Positions 49,252 through 57,926 of a DNA stretch of 63,853 bases are shown here, one piece after another. The notes beneath the pieces were generated by a model, which saw nothing but the letters and a program-made list of their open reading frames with translations, had not been told where the DNA came from and ran no database searches. Numbering within the stretch: position 1 is the first letter of the stretch; each line of letters starts with the position of its first letter. This DNA comes from an uncultured Chryseobacterium sp. (GTDB lineage: Bacteria; Bacteroidota; Bacteroidia; Flavobacteriales_F; PHOS-HE28). A program made the translations under genes and the position numbers. The stretch spans positions 42,953-106,805 of the forward strand of contig CAYXKE010000002.1 of the NCBI GenBank assembly GCA_964464935.1. Direction: 5' to 3'.

Positions 49252-50703
49252 GTGAGCATCCTCCGCCATAGTCTGGTCCCTCTTTGTCTGTGCGGTGCGC
49301 TGACCACGCTCGGCCAGGACACCGGGCCGGTGGACAGCCTGCTCACCACCTGGCCCATCCATCAGCGCATCAACGAGCCACGCGCCAAGCCGCGCCCGGG
49401 GTCGGTGCCCGATACCGATACGCTCTACGCCCAGCTCAAGCGGGCCACGCCGGCACTGCCCGTGTTCGTGGACGAGCTGGTGGACCGCTACGTACAGCTC
49501 TTCACCCACGAACGGCGTGACCACTTCCGGGCGATGCTCGGCGCCGCGGAGCCGCTGCTCCCCATGGTGGAGGAGGCGCTGGCCCGCCACGACATGCCGC
49601 CGGAACTGAAGTACGTGCCGTTCGCACTCAGCGCCTTCAACCCGCAGGCGGGTGACAAGTACGGGCGGGCGGGCCTGTGGATGCTGACCTATCCGGTGGC
49701 CGTGCGTTACGGTCTGGAATTGACGCCCTTGATCGATGAGCGGCGCGACCCCCGCAAGAGCACCGAAGCGGCGCTGCGCCACCTGCAAGATCTGCACGAG
49801 CGGTACGGGGATTGGCCCACCGCGGTGATGGCCTTCTGTGCGGGGCCTGCGAACATCACGCGGGCCGTGAAGCGCGGCGCGCCCGACCTGGCGCCCCGGC
49901 AGCTCTACCCGGGCTTCGACGCCGGCCAGGTGCCCGTGCTCCCGCGATTGATGGCCTTCACCTTCCTGGCGCTCAACGCCCAGACGGCCGGCCTGGAGCC
50001 GCTGGTGTTCCGCAGCCATGAGCCCAACGACACGGTGCGGTACGACAGTACGTTGCGCATCGGGGCGATCACCGCCGTGGTGGGCACGCGCCCCACCCGT
50101 TTCACCGCGCTCAACCCCACGCTGGTGGGCGGGGTGGTGCCGGCCGGCCGGCCGTTCCTGCTGCCGCGCAGCGAGGCCGCGCGCTTCCAGGAACTCGCCT
50201 TCGTGGTGCTCGAGGCGCAGAACACCGTGCCGCGCAAACCCGCTGAGCACACCGAGCGCCCCGACAGCCTGGACCGACTGCCCGATGGCCGGGAGGCGAT
50301 CCTTTACCGCATCCGCGAAGGCGAGGATCTGCCCGCCATTGCCCAGCGTTTCGGCGTGGGTGTGGAGGAGGTCCGTGGCTGGAACGACCTCAAGACCGAC
50401 GTGATCGATGTGGGCAACACGCTGGTGATCTACGTGCCGCCACCGGAGCGCATCAAGTACGAAAGCGACACCACCGCCGCCCGCCCGGACACCGTTGCGC
50501 TGCCCAAGGTGCCGCCCGTTCGTCCATCAGCGCCCGCCCCCGCCGGCAGGACCGGCCCCGAGTGGTACGTCGTGAAGAAGGGCGATTCGCTCTACCTGAT
50601 CGCCAAGCGTTACCGCGGCATCTCGGCCGATGACCTCATGCGCTACAACGGCATCGGCGCGAACATCCGGCCGGGGCAACGCATCAAGATCCCACCGCGA
50701 TGA
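49252..50703 (+). CDS. MltD-like lytic transglycosylase homologue with two LysM domains and a degenerate SLT motif
   Basis: An in-frame GTG at 49252 gives (M)SILRHSLVPLCLCGALTTLGQD, a signal peptide. The SLT-like core reads PPELKYVPFALSAFNPQAGDKYGRAGLWML. The two C-terminal LysM units are YRIREGEDLPAIAQRFGV and YVVKKGDSLYLIAKRY. The start codon choice is uncertain. Confidence 0.75.
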   Translation: MSILRHSLVPLCLCGALTTLGQDTGPVDSLLTTWPIHQRINEPRAKPRPGSVPDTDTLYAQLKRATPALPVFVDELVDRYVQLFTHERRDHFRAMLGAAEPLLPMVEEALARHDMPPELKYVPFALSAFNPQAGDKYGRAGLWMLTYPVAVRYGLELTPLIDERRDPRKSTEAALRHLQDLHERYGDWPTAVMAFCAGPANITRAVKRGAPDLAPRQLYPGFDAGQVPVLPRLMAFTFLALNAQTAGLEPLVFRSHEPNDTVRYDSTLRIGAITAVVGTRPTRFTALNPTLVGGVVPAGRPFLLPRSEAARFQELAFVVLEAQNTVPRKPAEHTERPDSLDRLPDGREAILYRIREGEDLPAIAQRFGVGVEEVRGWNDLKTDVIDVGNTLVIYVPPPERIKYESDTTAARPDTVALPKVPPVRPSAPAPAGRTGPEWYVVKKGDSLYLIAKRYRGISADDLMRYNGIGANIRPGQRIKIPPR

Positions 50704-52217
50704 GGCCGATGCACACACTGCTCTTCCTGCTGGCCGTGCTGGGTATCCTGGCCGGTCTCGGTGCGTGGATGCCGGCCGATGGCCTCCGGGTGGGCGGCGT
50801 GGTCGTGCGACTGCCGCATCCGCGCGAGGTGCTCACCCCGACCAAGCAGGAGCGTGTGGACATCAGTGCGATCCTGGCCCTCACCACCGATGAAGAGACC
50901 GTGGACACCATCCCCGCGCCGATCGCTCCGGTCGACACGCCCGCCACATCCACGGACGCGCCGAGCCCCGGGGTGGCCCCCTTCCAGGTGAGCGAAGCGC
51001 CGCCTTTGGAGGAGCGGATCGCCCTGCATTTCCCGGCGGAAGGGCCCATGGCCTTGAAGAACTTCTACGCGGCACTGGGGACCGCCGCCAAGGGCGGTCA
51101 TTCCATCCGGGTGATGCACTACGGTGATTCGCAGCTGGAGGGCGATCGCATCACGAGCTACCTGCGCAACAAACTGCAGGGCCGTTTCGGTGGACATGGC
51201 CCCGGGCTGGTGAGCGTGGCCGACATCGTACCGCACTTCTCGGTGGAACGCATCGTGGGCCCGGAATGGCGCCGCTACAGCGTGATGGGCAAGCGCCCCG
51301 ACGACCTGCACCACGACCGCTTCGGTGCGATCTCGTCGTTCTCGCGGTTCACCCCTGTGCTGCCGGACAGCTTGATGCCCGACACCAACACCGTGCACAC
51401 CGCCACCGTCACCCTGCGCCCCATGCAGCGCTCGTACGCCCGCGCCCGCGGCTGGGAGCGCATGCGCATGTTCCTCGGCTGGAACCGCGCGCCCGTCACC
51501 ATCACCGTGCAGCGCAACGGCACCCACTTCCGCACGGATGTCCTCGCCCCCGGGGATCATCTGAACGTGCTCGAGTGGGACTTCGGCGGCCCGTCGGACG
51601 AGGTGACGATCACCTTCACCGGTGCCGACAGTCCGGACGTGCATGGGATCTCGCTGGAAGGGCGCAACGGTGTGAACGTGGACAACATCGCCGCAAGGGG
51701 CGGGGCCGGCTATGAGTTCCGCCGCATTGACCCGGCCATCTGCGCCGCGATGTACGCCCACCTCAATGTGAAACTGGTGATCCTGCAATACGGCGGCAAC
51801 GCATTGCCCAACATCCACAGTGAGGAGGGGGCCGCGCGCTATGGCCGGGCCTTTGAGAACGTGATCGTTCGGTTCAAGCGGATGCTGCCCGGTGCGTCCA
51901 TCGTGGTGATCGGTCCCAGCGACATGAGCATCAAGGAGGGCGATGTGTGGGTGACGCGGCCCTACCTGGAGGATGTGCGCGATGCGATGAAGGAGGCCGC
52001 GCTGAAGCAGGGGGCGGCGTTCTGGGACATGTACACGGCCATGGGCGGTCGCGGCAGCATGGTGAGCTGGGTGGAGGCCGATCCCCCGCTGGCCGCCACG
52101 GACTACACGCACTTCACGCCCGCCGGGTCCAAGAAGGTGGGCGAGCTCTTCCACACGGCGCTGATCAACGGATACGCCGAATACCTGCGGCAGAAGGAGG
52201 CCACCGCATCGCACTGA
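50700..52217 (+). CDS. membrane-anchored SGNH/GDSL-type hydrolase or acyltransferase
   Basis: The ATG overlaps the preceding stop (ATGA). An N-terminal TM helix is present. SGNH blocks are HYGDSQLEGD (I), LQYGGNAL (III) and DYTHF (V). Confidence 0.72.
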   Translation: MRPMHTLLFLLAVLGILAGLGAWMPADGLRVGGVVVRLPHPREVLTPTKQERVDISAILALTTDEETVDTIPAPIAPVDTPATSTDAPSPGVAPFQVSEAPPLEERIALHFPAEGPMALKNFYAALGTAAKGGHSIRVMHYGDSQLEGDRITSYLRNKLQGRFGGHGPGLVSVADIVPHFSVERIVGPEWRRYSVMGKRPDDLHHDRFGAISSFSRFTPVLPDSLMPDTNTVHTATVTLRPMQRSYARARGWERMRMFLGWNRAPVTITVQRNGTHFRTDVLAPGDHLNVLEWDFGGPSDEVTITFTGADSPDVHGISLEGRNGVNVDNIAARGGAGYEFRRIDPAICAAMYAHLNVKLVILQYGGNALPNIHSEEGAARYGRAFENVIVRFKRMLPGASIVVIGPSDMSIKEGDVWVTRPYLEDVRDAMKEAALKQGAAFWDMYTAMGGRGSMVSWVEADPPLAATDYTHFTPAGSKKVGELFHTALINGYAEYLRQKEATASH

Positions 52218-52221
52218 TCCC

Positions 52222-53478
52222 ATGTTCCGCATCCACCGCCTCCTTCCTGTTCCGTGCACCCTGTGGCTGTGGGCCTGGGGTGCCGGTGTGCCCGCTTTCG
52301 CCCAGCCGCACCCGCTGCTCGTGGACGCACCGCCCTTTGTGGACCGCGCAGCGAACGTGATCCTTCAGCCCGGTGACAGCAGCGGCATGAACGCATGGCA
52401 TGAGAAGCTCGACCACCTGTTCATGCACGGCGAAGGGCAGGTGAACGTGGTGCACATCGGCGGGTCGCACATCCAGGCCGACATCTGGAGCAACCATGTG
52501 CGGAACCGGCTGCAACAGACCGCGCCCGGCGTGCGCGCGGCCCGCGGATTCATCTTCCCCTTCACGCTGGCACGTACCAACAACCCGTATTGGTACCAGG
52601 TGGAGGCCACCGGGGCCTGGACAGCCGTGCGCAACGTGACACGTGCCGATACCAGCCTGCTGGGCCTGGCCGGCATCTCGGTCACCACGCGCGACACGCT
52701 CACCGGCCTGCGGGTGAACTTCCGTGGCGAGGCCTATCCCGGTTACACCTTCCGGCAGGTGCGCGTGATCCACTCGGTGGACAGCAGCTACCGCGTGGAG
52801 GCCTGGGATCCCGACACCACCGTACGCATCACCGCCAGCTTCGATCCCGACGAGGGCATCACCACCTTCCACTATGACCGCCACATGGACACGCTGCGCC
52901 TGCGTTTCCGCCGTACGGACAGCACGCAGACGCACATCACCCTGCACGGGATCATCCTGGACACGGACGACCCCGGCTTCGTGTACCACGCCATCGGGGT
53001 GAACGGCGCCAGCACGCGGAGCTACCTGCGGTGCCAGCTCTTCACCGCACACCTGGCCCAGCTGCGCCCCGACCTGGTGGTGTTCTCCATCGGTGTGAAC
53101 GATGCGCACGATGCCGACTTCTCGAAGGCCGTCTTCAAACGCAACTATGCCGCGCTGATCGAGCGGGTGCGCCAGGCGGCGCCCGATGCGGCGATCCTGC
53201 TCACCACGGTGACCGACAGCTACCACAAGCGGCGCGTGGTGAACCGCAATGGTCCGGCCGTGCGTGAGGTGATGATGGAACTGGGACGCGAGATGGGCGT
53301 GGCCGTGTGGGACCTGCACAGCGTGATGGGCGGCCCCGGAAGCATCGCCAAGTGGGAGCAGGCCGGTCTGGCGCAGAAGGACCGCATCCACCTGAACCGT
53401 GCGGGCTACACCGTGCTGGCCGATCTGCAGGTGGCCGCGCTCATGGAGGCGTATGGTGCCTACCTGCGCGACCGGTAG
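52222..53478 (+). CDS. secreted SGNH/GDSL-type hydrolase or acyltransferase (second copy)
   Basis: Signal peptide present. SGNH blocks are HIGGSHIQAD (I, GGS instead of GDS), FSIGVNDA (III) and DRIHL (V). It starts 4 nt after the preceding stop. Confidence 0.72.
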   Translation: MFRIHRLLPVPCTLWLWAWGAGVPAFAQPHPLLVDAPPFVDRAANVILQPGDSSGMNAWHEKLDHLFMHGEGQVNVVHIGGSHIQADIWSNHVRNRLQQTAPGVRAARGFIFPFTLARTNNPYWYQVEATGAWTAVRNVTRADTSLLGLAGISVTTRDTLTGLRVNFRGEAYPGYTFRQVRVIHSVDSSYRVEAWDPDTTVRITASFDPDEGITTFHYDRHMDTLRLRFRRTDSTQTHITLHGIILDTDDPGFVYHAIGVNGASTRSYLRCQLFTAHLAQLRPDLVVFSIGVNDAHDADFSKAVFKRNYAALIERVRQAAPDAAILLTTVTDSYHKRRVVNRNGPAVREVMMELGREMGVAVWDLHSVMGGPGSIAKWEQAGLAQKDRIHLNRAGYTVLADLQVAALMEAYGAYLRDR

Positions 53479-53586
53479 TGCGTCACGCTCCCGGAACGGT
53501 CCGTCCCTTCAACATCCACCCGTGCATGACGCCTCCGGGTATGGCGTCGCAGGCGGAGGCATCGACGGGATCTTTGGCGGGAACGC

Positions 53587-55278
53587 ATGCTCCTGTCCGC
53601 CCTGCATCCCACGGAGACCGCCGGTACCGACTGGCTGGGGTGGCTCGGCTACGATCCGGCATCGCCGCTGATCTTCACGCGCTTCTTCTTCTGGGGCTTC
53701 TTCGCCGTGGTGCTGGCCGTGTACAGCGCCGTGTACCGCCAGCGGGCCGCGCGCACCGCCTGGCTGTTCGTGGCCAGCATGTTCTTCTACTGGAAGACCA
53801 GCGGCTTCTTCGTGGGCCTGCTGGCCTTCTCCATCACGACCGACTATTTCCTGGGCCTGGCCAGCGCCGCCACCGCCAGCCAGCGCCGCAAGCAGCTGAT
53901 CCTCGCCACCAGCGTCACCCTGAACCTGCTCGTGCTGGGCTTCTTCAAGTACGCCCACTTCGTGGTGGACAACGTGAACGCCCTGCTGGGCACCTCGTTC
54001 GAGGTGGTCAACTACTTCGCCCGGTGGGCCAACGCCGCGTGGGACGCGCACTTCATCGAGAACAAGGTGCTGCTGCCCGTAGGGATCAGCTTCTACACCT
54101 TTCAATGCCTGAGCTACGCGGTGGACGTGTACCGCGGCGACGTGAAGCCCGTGCGGAACATCCTTGACTTCGGGTGCTACGTGAGCTTCTTCCCTTCGCT
54201 GGTGGCCGGGCCCATCATCCGCGCGGCCGACTTCGTGCCGCAGATGTTCCGGCCATACACGCTCAGCCGCCTGCAGTTCGGCATGGCCGTGTTCTGGATC
54301 CTCAACGGCCTGCTCAAGAAGATGCTCGTGGGCGACTACATCGCGCTGAACTTCATCGACCGTGTCTTCGCCGACCCGCTGCGCTTCACGGGTTTCGAGA
54401 ACCTGATGGCCGCCATCGGCTATTCGCTGCAGGTGTACGCCGACTTCAGTGGCTACACGGACATCGCCATCGGCGTGGCCATGCTGCTGGGCTTCACGCT
54501 GCCGCCCAACTTCAACAGCCCGTACAAGGCACGCAGCACCGCCGAGTTCTGGAAGCGCTGGCACATCAGCCTGAGCACCTGGCTCCGCGACTACCTCTAC
54601 ATCCCCATGGGCGGCAACCGCGGCGGTTCGCTGTTCTCCTGGATCATGACCGGCTTCGTGCTGGCCGCCCTGATGCTCCTCACCGGCGATCCGGCGCTGC
54701 CCTTCATCTTCCTCTCGATCGGCGCGGCGTTCTGGCTCATCGCCCACTTCTGGCCGCCCTTCCGCAAGATGCTCACCACCAACATCAACCTGATGCTCAC
54801 CATGCTCATCGGCGGGCTGTGGCACGGGGCCAGCTGGATGTTCGTGATCTGGGGCGGGCTCAACGGCATCGGCCTGCTGATCTACAAGGGGTGGGCCCGC
54901 ATCAGCCCATGGAACAAAAGCACGCACTGGTTCGCCCGCTTCCAGGCCATCACCATCACCTTCGCCTTCATCACCTTCACCCGCTTCTGGTTCCGCGGCG
55001 AAACGCTCCAAGGCGTGAACGACATGCTGTTCCAGATCACGCACCGCTTCGACGCGCACCTCATCGCCCAGGTGGTGAGCGGTTTCCGCAGCGTGTTCGC
55101 CCTGATGCTCCTCGGATACGTGGTGCACTGGCTGCCCGAGACCTGGAAGCAATGGTACCGCGTCCGGTTCGCCTCCCTGCCGCTGTGGGCCATGGCCTTG
55201 GTGTGCGCGGGCGCCGTGCTGCTGATCTACCAGACGGTGACGGCCGAGGCGGTGCCGTTCATCTATTTCCAGTTCTGA
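53587..55278 (+). CDS. MBOAT family O-acyltransferase (AlgI/PatA/DltB-like)
   Basis: The polytopic protein has the MBOAT blocks ISFYTFQCLSYAVDVY, FWKRWHISLSTWLRDYLYIPMGGNR and LIGGLWHGASW (conserved His). Confidence 0.9.
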   Translation: MLLSALHPTETAGTDWLGWLGYDPASPLIFTRFFFWGFFAVVLAVYSAVYRQRAARTAWLFVASMFFYWKTSGFFVGLLAFSITTDYFLGLASAATASQRRKQLILATSVTLNLLVLGFFKYAHFVVDNVNALLGTSFEVVNYFARWANAAWDAHFIENKVLLPVGISFYTFQCLSYAVDVYRGDVKPVRNILDFGCYVSFFPSLVAGPIIRAADFVPQMFRPYTLSRLQFGMAVFWILNGLLKKMLVGDYIALNFIDRVFADPLRFTGFENLMAAIGYSLQVYADFSGYTDIAIGVAMLLGFTLPPNFNSPYKARSTAEFWKRWHISLSTWLRDYLYIPMGGNRGGSLFSWIMTGFVLAALMLLTGDPALPFIFLSIGAAFWLIAHFWPPFRKMLTTNINLMLTMLIGGLWHGASWMFVIWGGLNGIGLLIYKGWARISPWNKSTHWFARFQAITITFAFITFTRFWFRGETLQGVNDMLFQITHRFDAHLIAQVVSGFRSVFALMLLGYVVHWLPETWKQWYRVRFASLPLWAMALVCAGAVLLIYQTVTAEAVPFIYFQF

Positions 55279-55433
55279 CGATGGGAACACCGCGCTCCCG
55301 AGGAGGACGAAAGTGTACCCGCGTCATCGAGCGAACGAGGGCCCATGCAACGTGCCGGTGGATCGGGACCCTCAAGCGTGGGGCTGGAGAACTTGGGACC
55401 TGAAGCTTGCCCCTGTACTATCCTTGCAGCATC

Positions 55434-56390
55434 ATGGACCTTTCCCTTGTCATTCCATTGCTGAACGAGCGTGAGTCGCTGCCGTTGCTGGTGGACCATA
55501 TCCGGCAGGTGGCGACGGGCATGGGCGTGACCTGGGAGGTGGTGCTGGTGGACGATGGCAGCACCGATGGCTCCTGGGACGTGATCCGGCAGCTGGGCAC
55601 CGCGGATGGACGCGTGAAAGGCATCCGCTTCGGGCACAACTACGGGAAAAGCGCCGCGCTGAACGAAGGGTTCCGTGCGGTGCAGGGCGAGGTGGTCATC
55701 ACCATGGATGCCGACCTGCAGGACGACCCCGACGAGATCCCCGAGCTGTACCGGATGATCCGCGAGGAGGGCTACGACCTGGTGAGCGGCTGGAAGAAGA
55801 AGCGCTACGACCCACTGAGCAAGACGCTGCCCACCAAGCTCTTCAACTGGACCACGCGCCGGGTGAGCGGGGTGAAGTTGCACGACTTCAACTGCGGACT
55901 GAAGGCCTACCGCAAGGAGGTGGTGAAGAACATCGAGGTGTTCGGTGAGATGCATCGCTACATCCCGTTCATCGCCAGCAAGGAGGGCTTCCGCCGCATC
56001 GGGGAGAAGGTGGTGAAGCACCACCCGCGGCAGTTCGGCCGCACCAAGTTCGGGTTGGACCGCTTCATCAATGGCTTCCTTGACCTGCTCACGATCACCT
56101 TCGTGTTCCGCTTCGGGCGCAAACCCATGCACTTCTTCGGTGCGGTGGGCACGTTCATGTTCGTGGTGGGCTTCCTGGCCACCTGCTGGGTGGTGGGCGA
56201 GAAGCTGTGGCATGTCTACGTCCTCGGTCAGGCCGCTCCCCGCGTGGCCGAACAGGGCCTCTTCTTCGTGGCGCTGGCCGCCATGATCATCGGTGTGCAG
56301 CTCTTCACCGTGGGCTTCGTGGCCGAGCTGGTCCGTCGCTACAGCCCGGAGCGCAACGTGTACCGGGTGAAGGAGCGTGCGGGCGTGTAA
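55434..56390 (+). CDS. GT2 polyprenol-phosphate glycosyltransferase (GtrB/ArnC/DPM1-like)
   Basis: Start at MDLSLVIPLLNERE. DDGSTDGS and DADLQDDP (DxD) are present. The two C-terminal TM helices are typical of GtrB/ArnC-type enzymes. Confidence 0.88.
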   Translation: MDLSLVIPLLNERESLPLLVDHIRQVATGMGVTWEVVLVDDGSTDGSWDVIRQLGTADGRVKGIRFGHNYGKSAALNEGFRAVQGEVVITMDADLQDDPDEIPELYRMIREEGYDLVSGWKKKRYDPLSKTLPTKLFNWTTRRVSGVKLHDFNCGLKAYRKEVVKNIEVFGEMHRYIPFIASKEGFRRIGEKVVKHHPRQFGRTKFGLDRFINGFLDLLTITFVFRFGRKPMHFFGAVGTFMFVVGFLATCWVVGEKLWHVYVLGQAAPRVAEQGLFFVALAAMIIGVQLFTVGFVAELVRRYSPERNVYRVKERAGV

Positions 56391-56408
56391 GCCGCCCATC
56401 TTTGGGGC

Positions 56409-57926
56409 ATGCCGCGCCGGCCGGTCGTGCTCCTCACCGCCTTTCTGTGGTTCATGCTGCTGCGGCAGGCATGGGTGGCGATGTACGTGCATCCTTACGC
56501 CGACGATATCTCTTATGCGGTGGTGGGCATGCAGCACGAGCTCGGGCCACGTCTTCAGGAGGAGCGCGCTTCATGGAACGGGCGTTGGGCCAGCAACGTG
56601 CTGATGCTGCGCGGTCCGCTGGTGCTGGGCATGGAGCACGGTCTGCCGCTGTACCGGATCGTGCCCCTGCTGTTGATCGCGGCCACGGTGGCGGCCTTTG
56701 CCGCGCTGCTGCGCCAGATCTGGCCGGGCGGGCGGTCACTGCGGTGGACATGGGCCCTGGCGCTCACCGTGCTGTACCTCCACATCATGCCGCACCTCGG
56801 CCAGGGGATCCATTGGTACACGGGCGCCATCACCTACCAGCTCGGCGGCATCCTGCTGATCCTGCATGTGGCGGCGCTGCTGGCCTTGCATCGGCAGGGG
56901 ATGAGCCCCTGGCGGGTACTCGGGGCCGTCTTCACGTTATTGCTGGCCAGTGGCTTCAACGAGGTGAACGCCGTGATGCTGGTGGTGCTGCACATTGTGC
57001 GGTGGGCATGGGGGGGGACGGATGAACGCGGCTGGTGGGGGAAGCCCCTGTTGTTGGCGCTGGCCGTGGCGGCACTCGTCCACCTGGCCACGGCTCCGGG
57101 CAATGCGGTGCGCGGGGCCTACTTCCCCGCGCGGCACGATCCGTTCCTCACGCTGGCATGGTCCACCGCACAGACCGGACGCTTCCTGTTGCGCTGGGTC
57201 CTGGATCCCGCCGTGGTGCTGGGTGCATTGCTCATGGTGCATGCCCTGCGTCAGCGATCGGACCTCCTGCCCCGGCCGCTGTGGGGGCCCTGGCGCTGGA
57301 CCGCCGTGCTGGTGGCCGTGGTGTTCATCCCGATCGCCCTGCCGTACTGGAGCACCGGACTGCTCGGCCAGCACCGCACGGTGAACCTGGGCTGCCTGCT
57401 CTTCCTGCCGGTATGGGCGGCCACCATCATCGCCTGGGACCGTGCGGTGTTCCGCCCGCGGGGGTGGCTCCCACCGCTTCGGGGGGTGGCCGGTCGGCGT
57501 GTGGTGTGGGGGCTGTGGGTGGTGGCGATGCTCTTCACCGGCAATGATGGCCGCATCCACTCCGACCTGCTGCAGGGCCGCCTGCGCGACCATGACCGGC
57601 AGATGCTTGCGCGCTACACGCTGGTGCGCGAGGCCGGGCGCGCCGGGGTGGCACGCGTGACGGTCCCGCCCATGCACGATCCACCGCGCAGCATCGCGCC
57701 CATCGACCTGTTCCCCGATCCGCAGCACTGGTACAACGTGGCGCTGGCCACCCACCTCGGCGCGCCGCAGCTGGCCATCATCGTGGCCGATCAAGGCAGC
57801 AGCACCTCCTCCGGCACGGGCACGGGCGCGCCCACGAAGAGTTCCTGGGCCAGGCGGCCGTCGTGGCCGTACACATCGTCGCGGAAGTTCAGCTCGCCCT
57901 CGGCGTCCACCCACGCGGTGAAGTAG
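56409..57926 (+). CDS. polytopic membrane protein, GT-C-like (DUF6056-like)
   Basis: It has at least ten hydrophobic helices. An acidic first-loop motif, HPYADDISYA, follows TM1. The gene starts 18 nt after the GT2 gene. The last 45 or so codons are Ser/Thr-rich and overlap the convergent gene, so the C-terminus is uncertain. Confidence 0.6.
   Translation: MPRRPVVLLTAFLWFMLLRQAWVAMYVHPYADDISYAVVGMQHELGPRLQEERASWNGRWASNVLMLRGPLVLGMEHGLPLYRIVPLLLIAATVAAFAALLRQIWPGGRSLRWTWALALTVLYLHIMPHLGQGIHWYTGAITYQLGGILLILHVAALLALHRQGMSPWRVLGAVFTLLLASGFNEVNAVMLVVLHIVRWAWGGTDERGWWGKPLLLALAVAALVHLATAPGNAVRGAYFPARHDPFLTLAWSTAQTGRFLLRWVLDPAVVLGALLMVHALRQRSDLLPRPLWGPWRWTAVLVAVVFIPIALPYWSTGLLGQHRTVNLGCLLFLPVWAATIIAWDRAVFRPRGWLPPLRGVAGRRVVWGLWVVAMLFTGNDGRIHSDLLQGRLRDHDRQMLARYTLVREAGRAGVARVTVPPMHDPPRSIAPIDLFPDPQHWYNVALATHLGAPQLAIIVADQGSSTSSGTGTGAPTKSSWARRPSWPYTSSRKFSSPSASTHAVK

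Noticed and set aside
53520-53565. Two mutually exclusive hairpins (gacgcc...ggcgtc versus gcctcc...ggaggc) between the second SGNH gene and the MBOAT gene, superficially attenuator-like.
   Set aside because: The stems are only 6 bp, and there is no leader peptide or T run. They are too weak to call.
55281-55403. A 40-codon basic ORF (MGTPRSRGGRKCTRVIERTRAHATCRWIGTLKRGAGELGT) in the MBOAT-GT2 spacer.
   Set aside because: It is short and arginine-rich, has no recognisable family, and lies in a spacer that more likely carries the GT2 promoter (TATCCTTG at 55418-55425 is one mismatch from TAnnTTTG).
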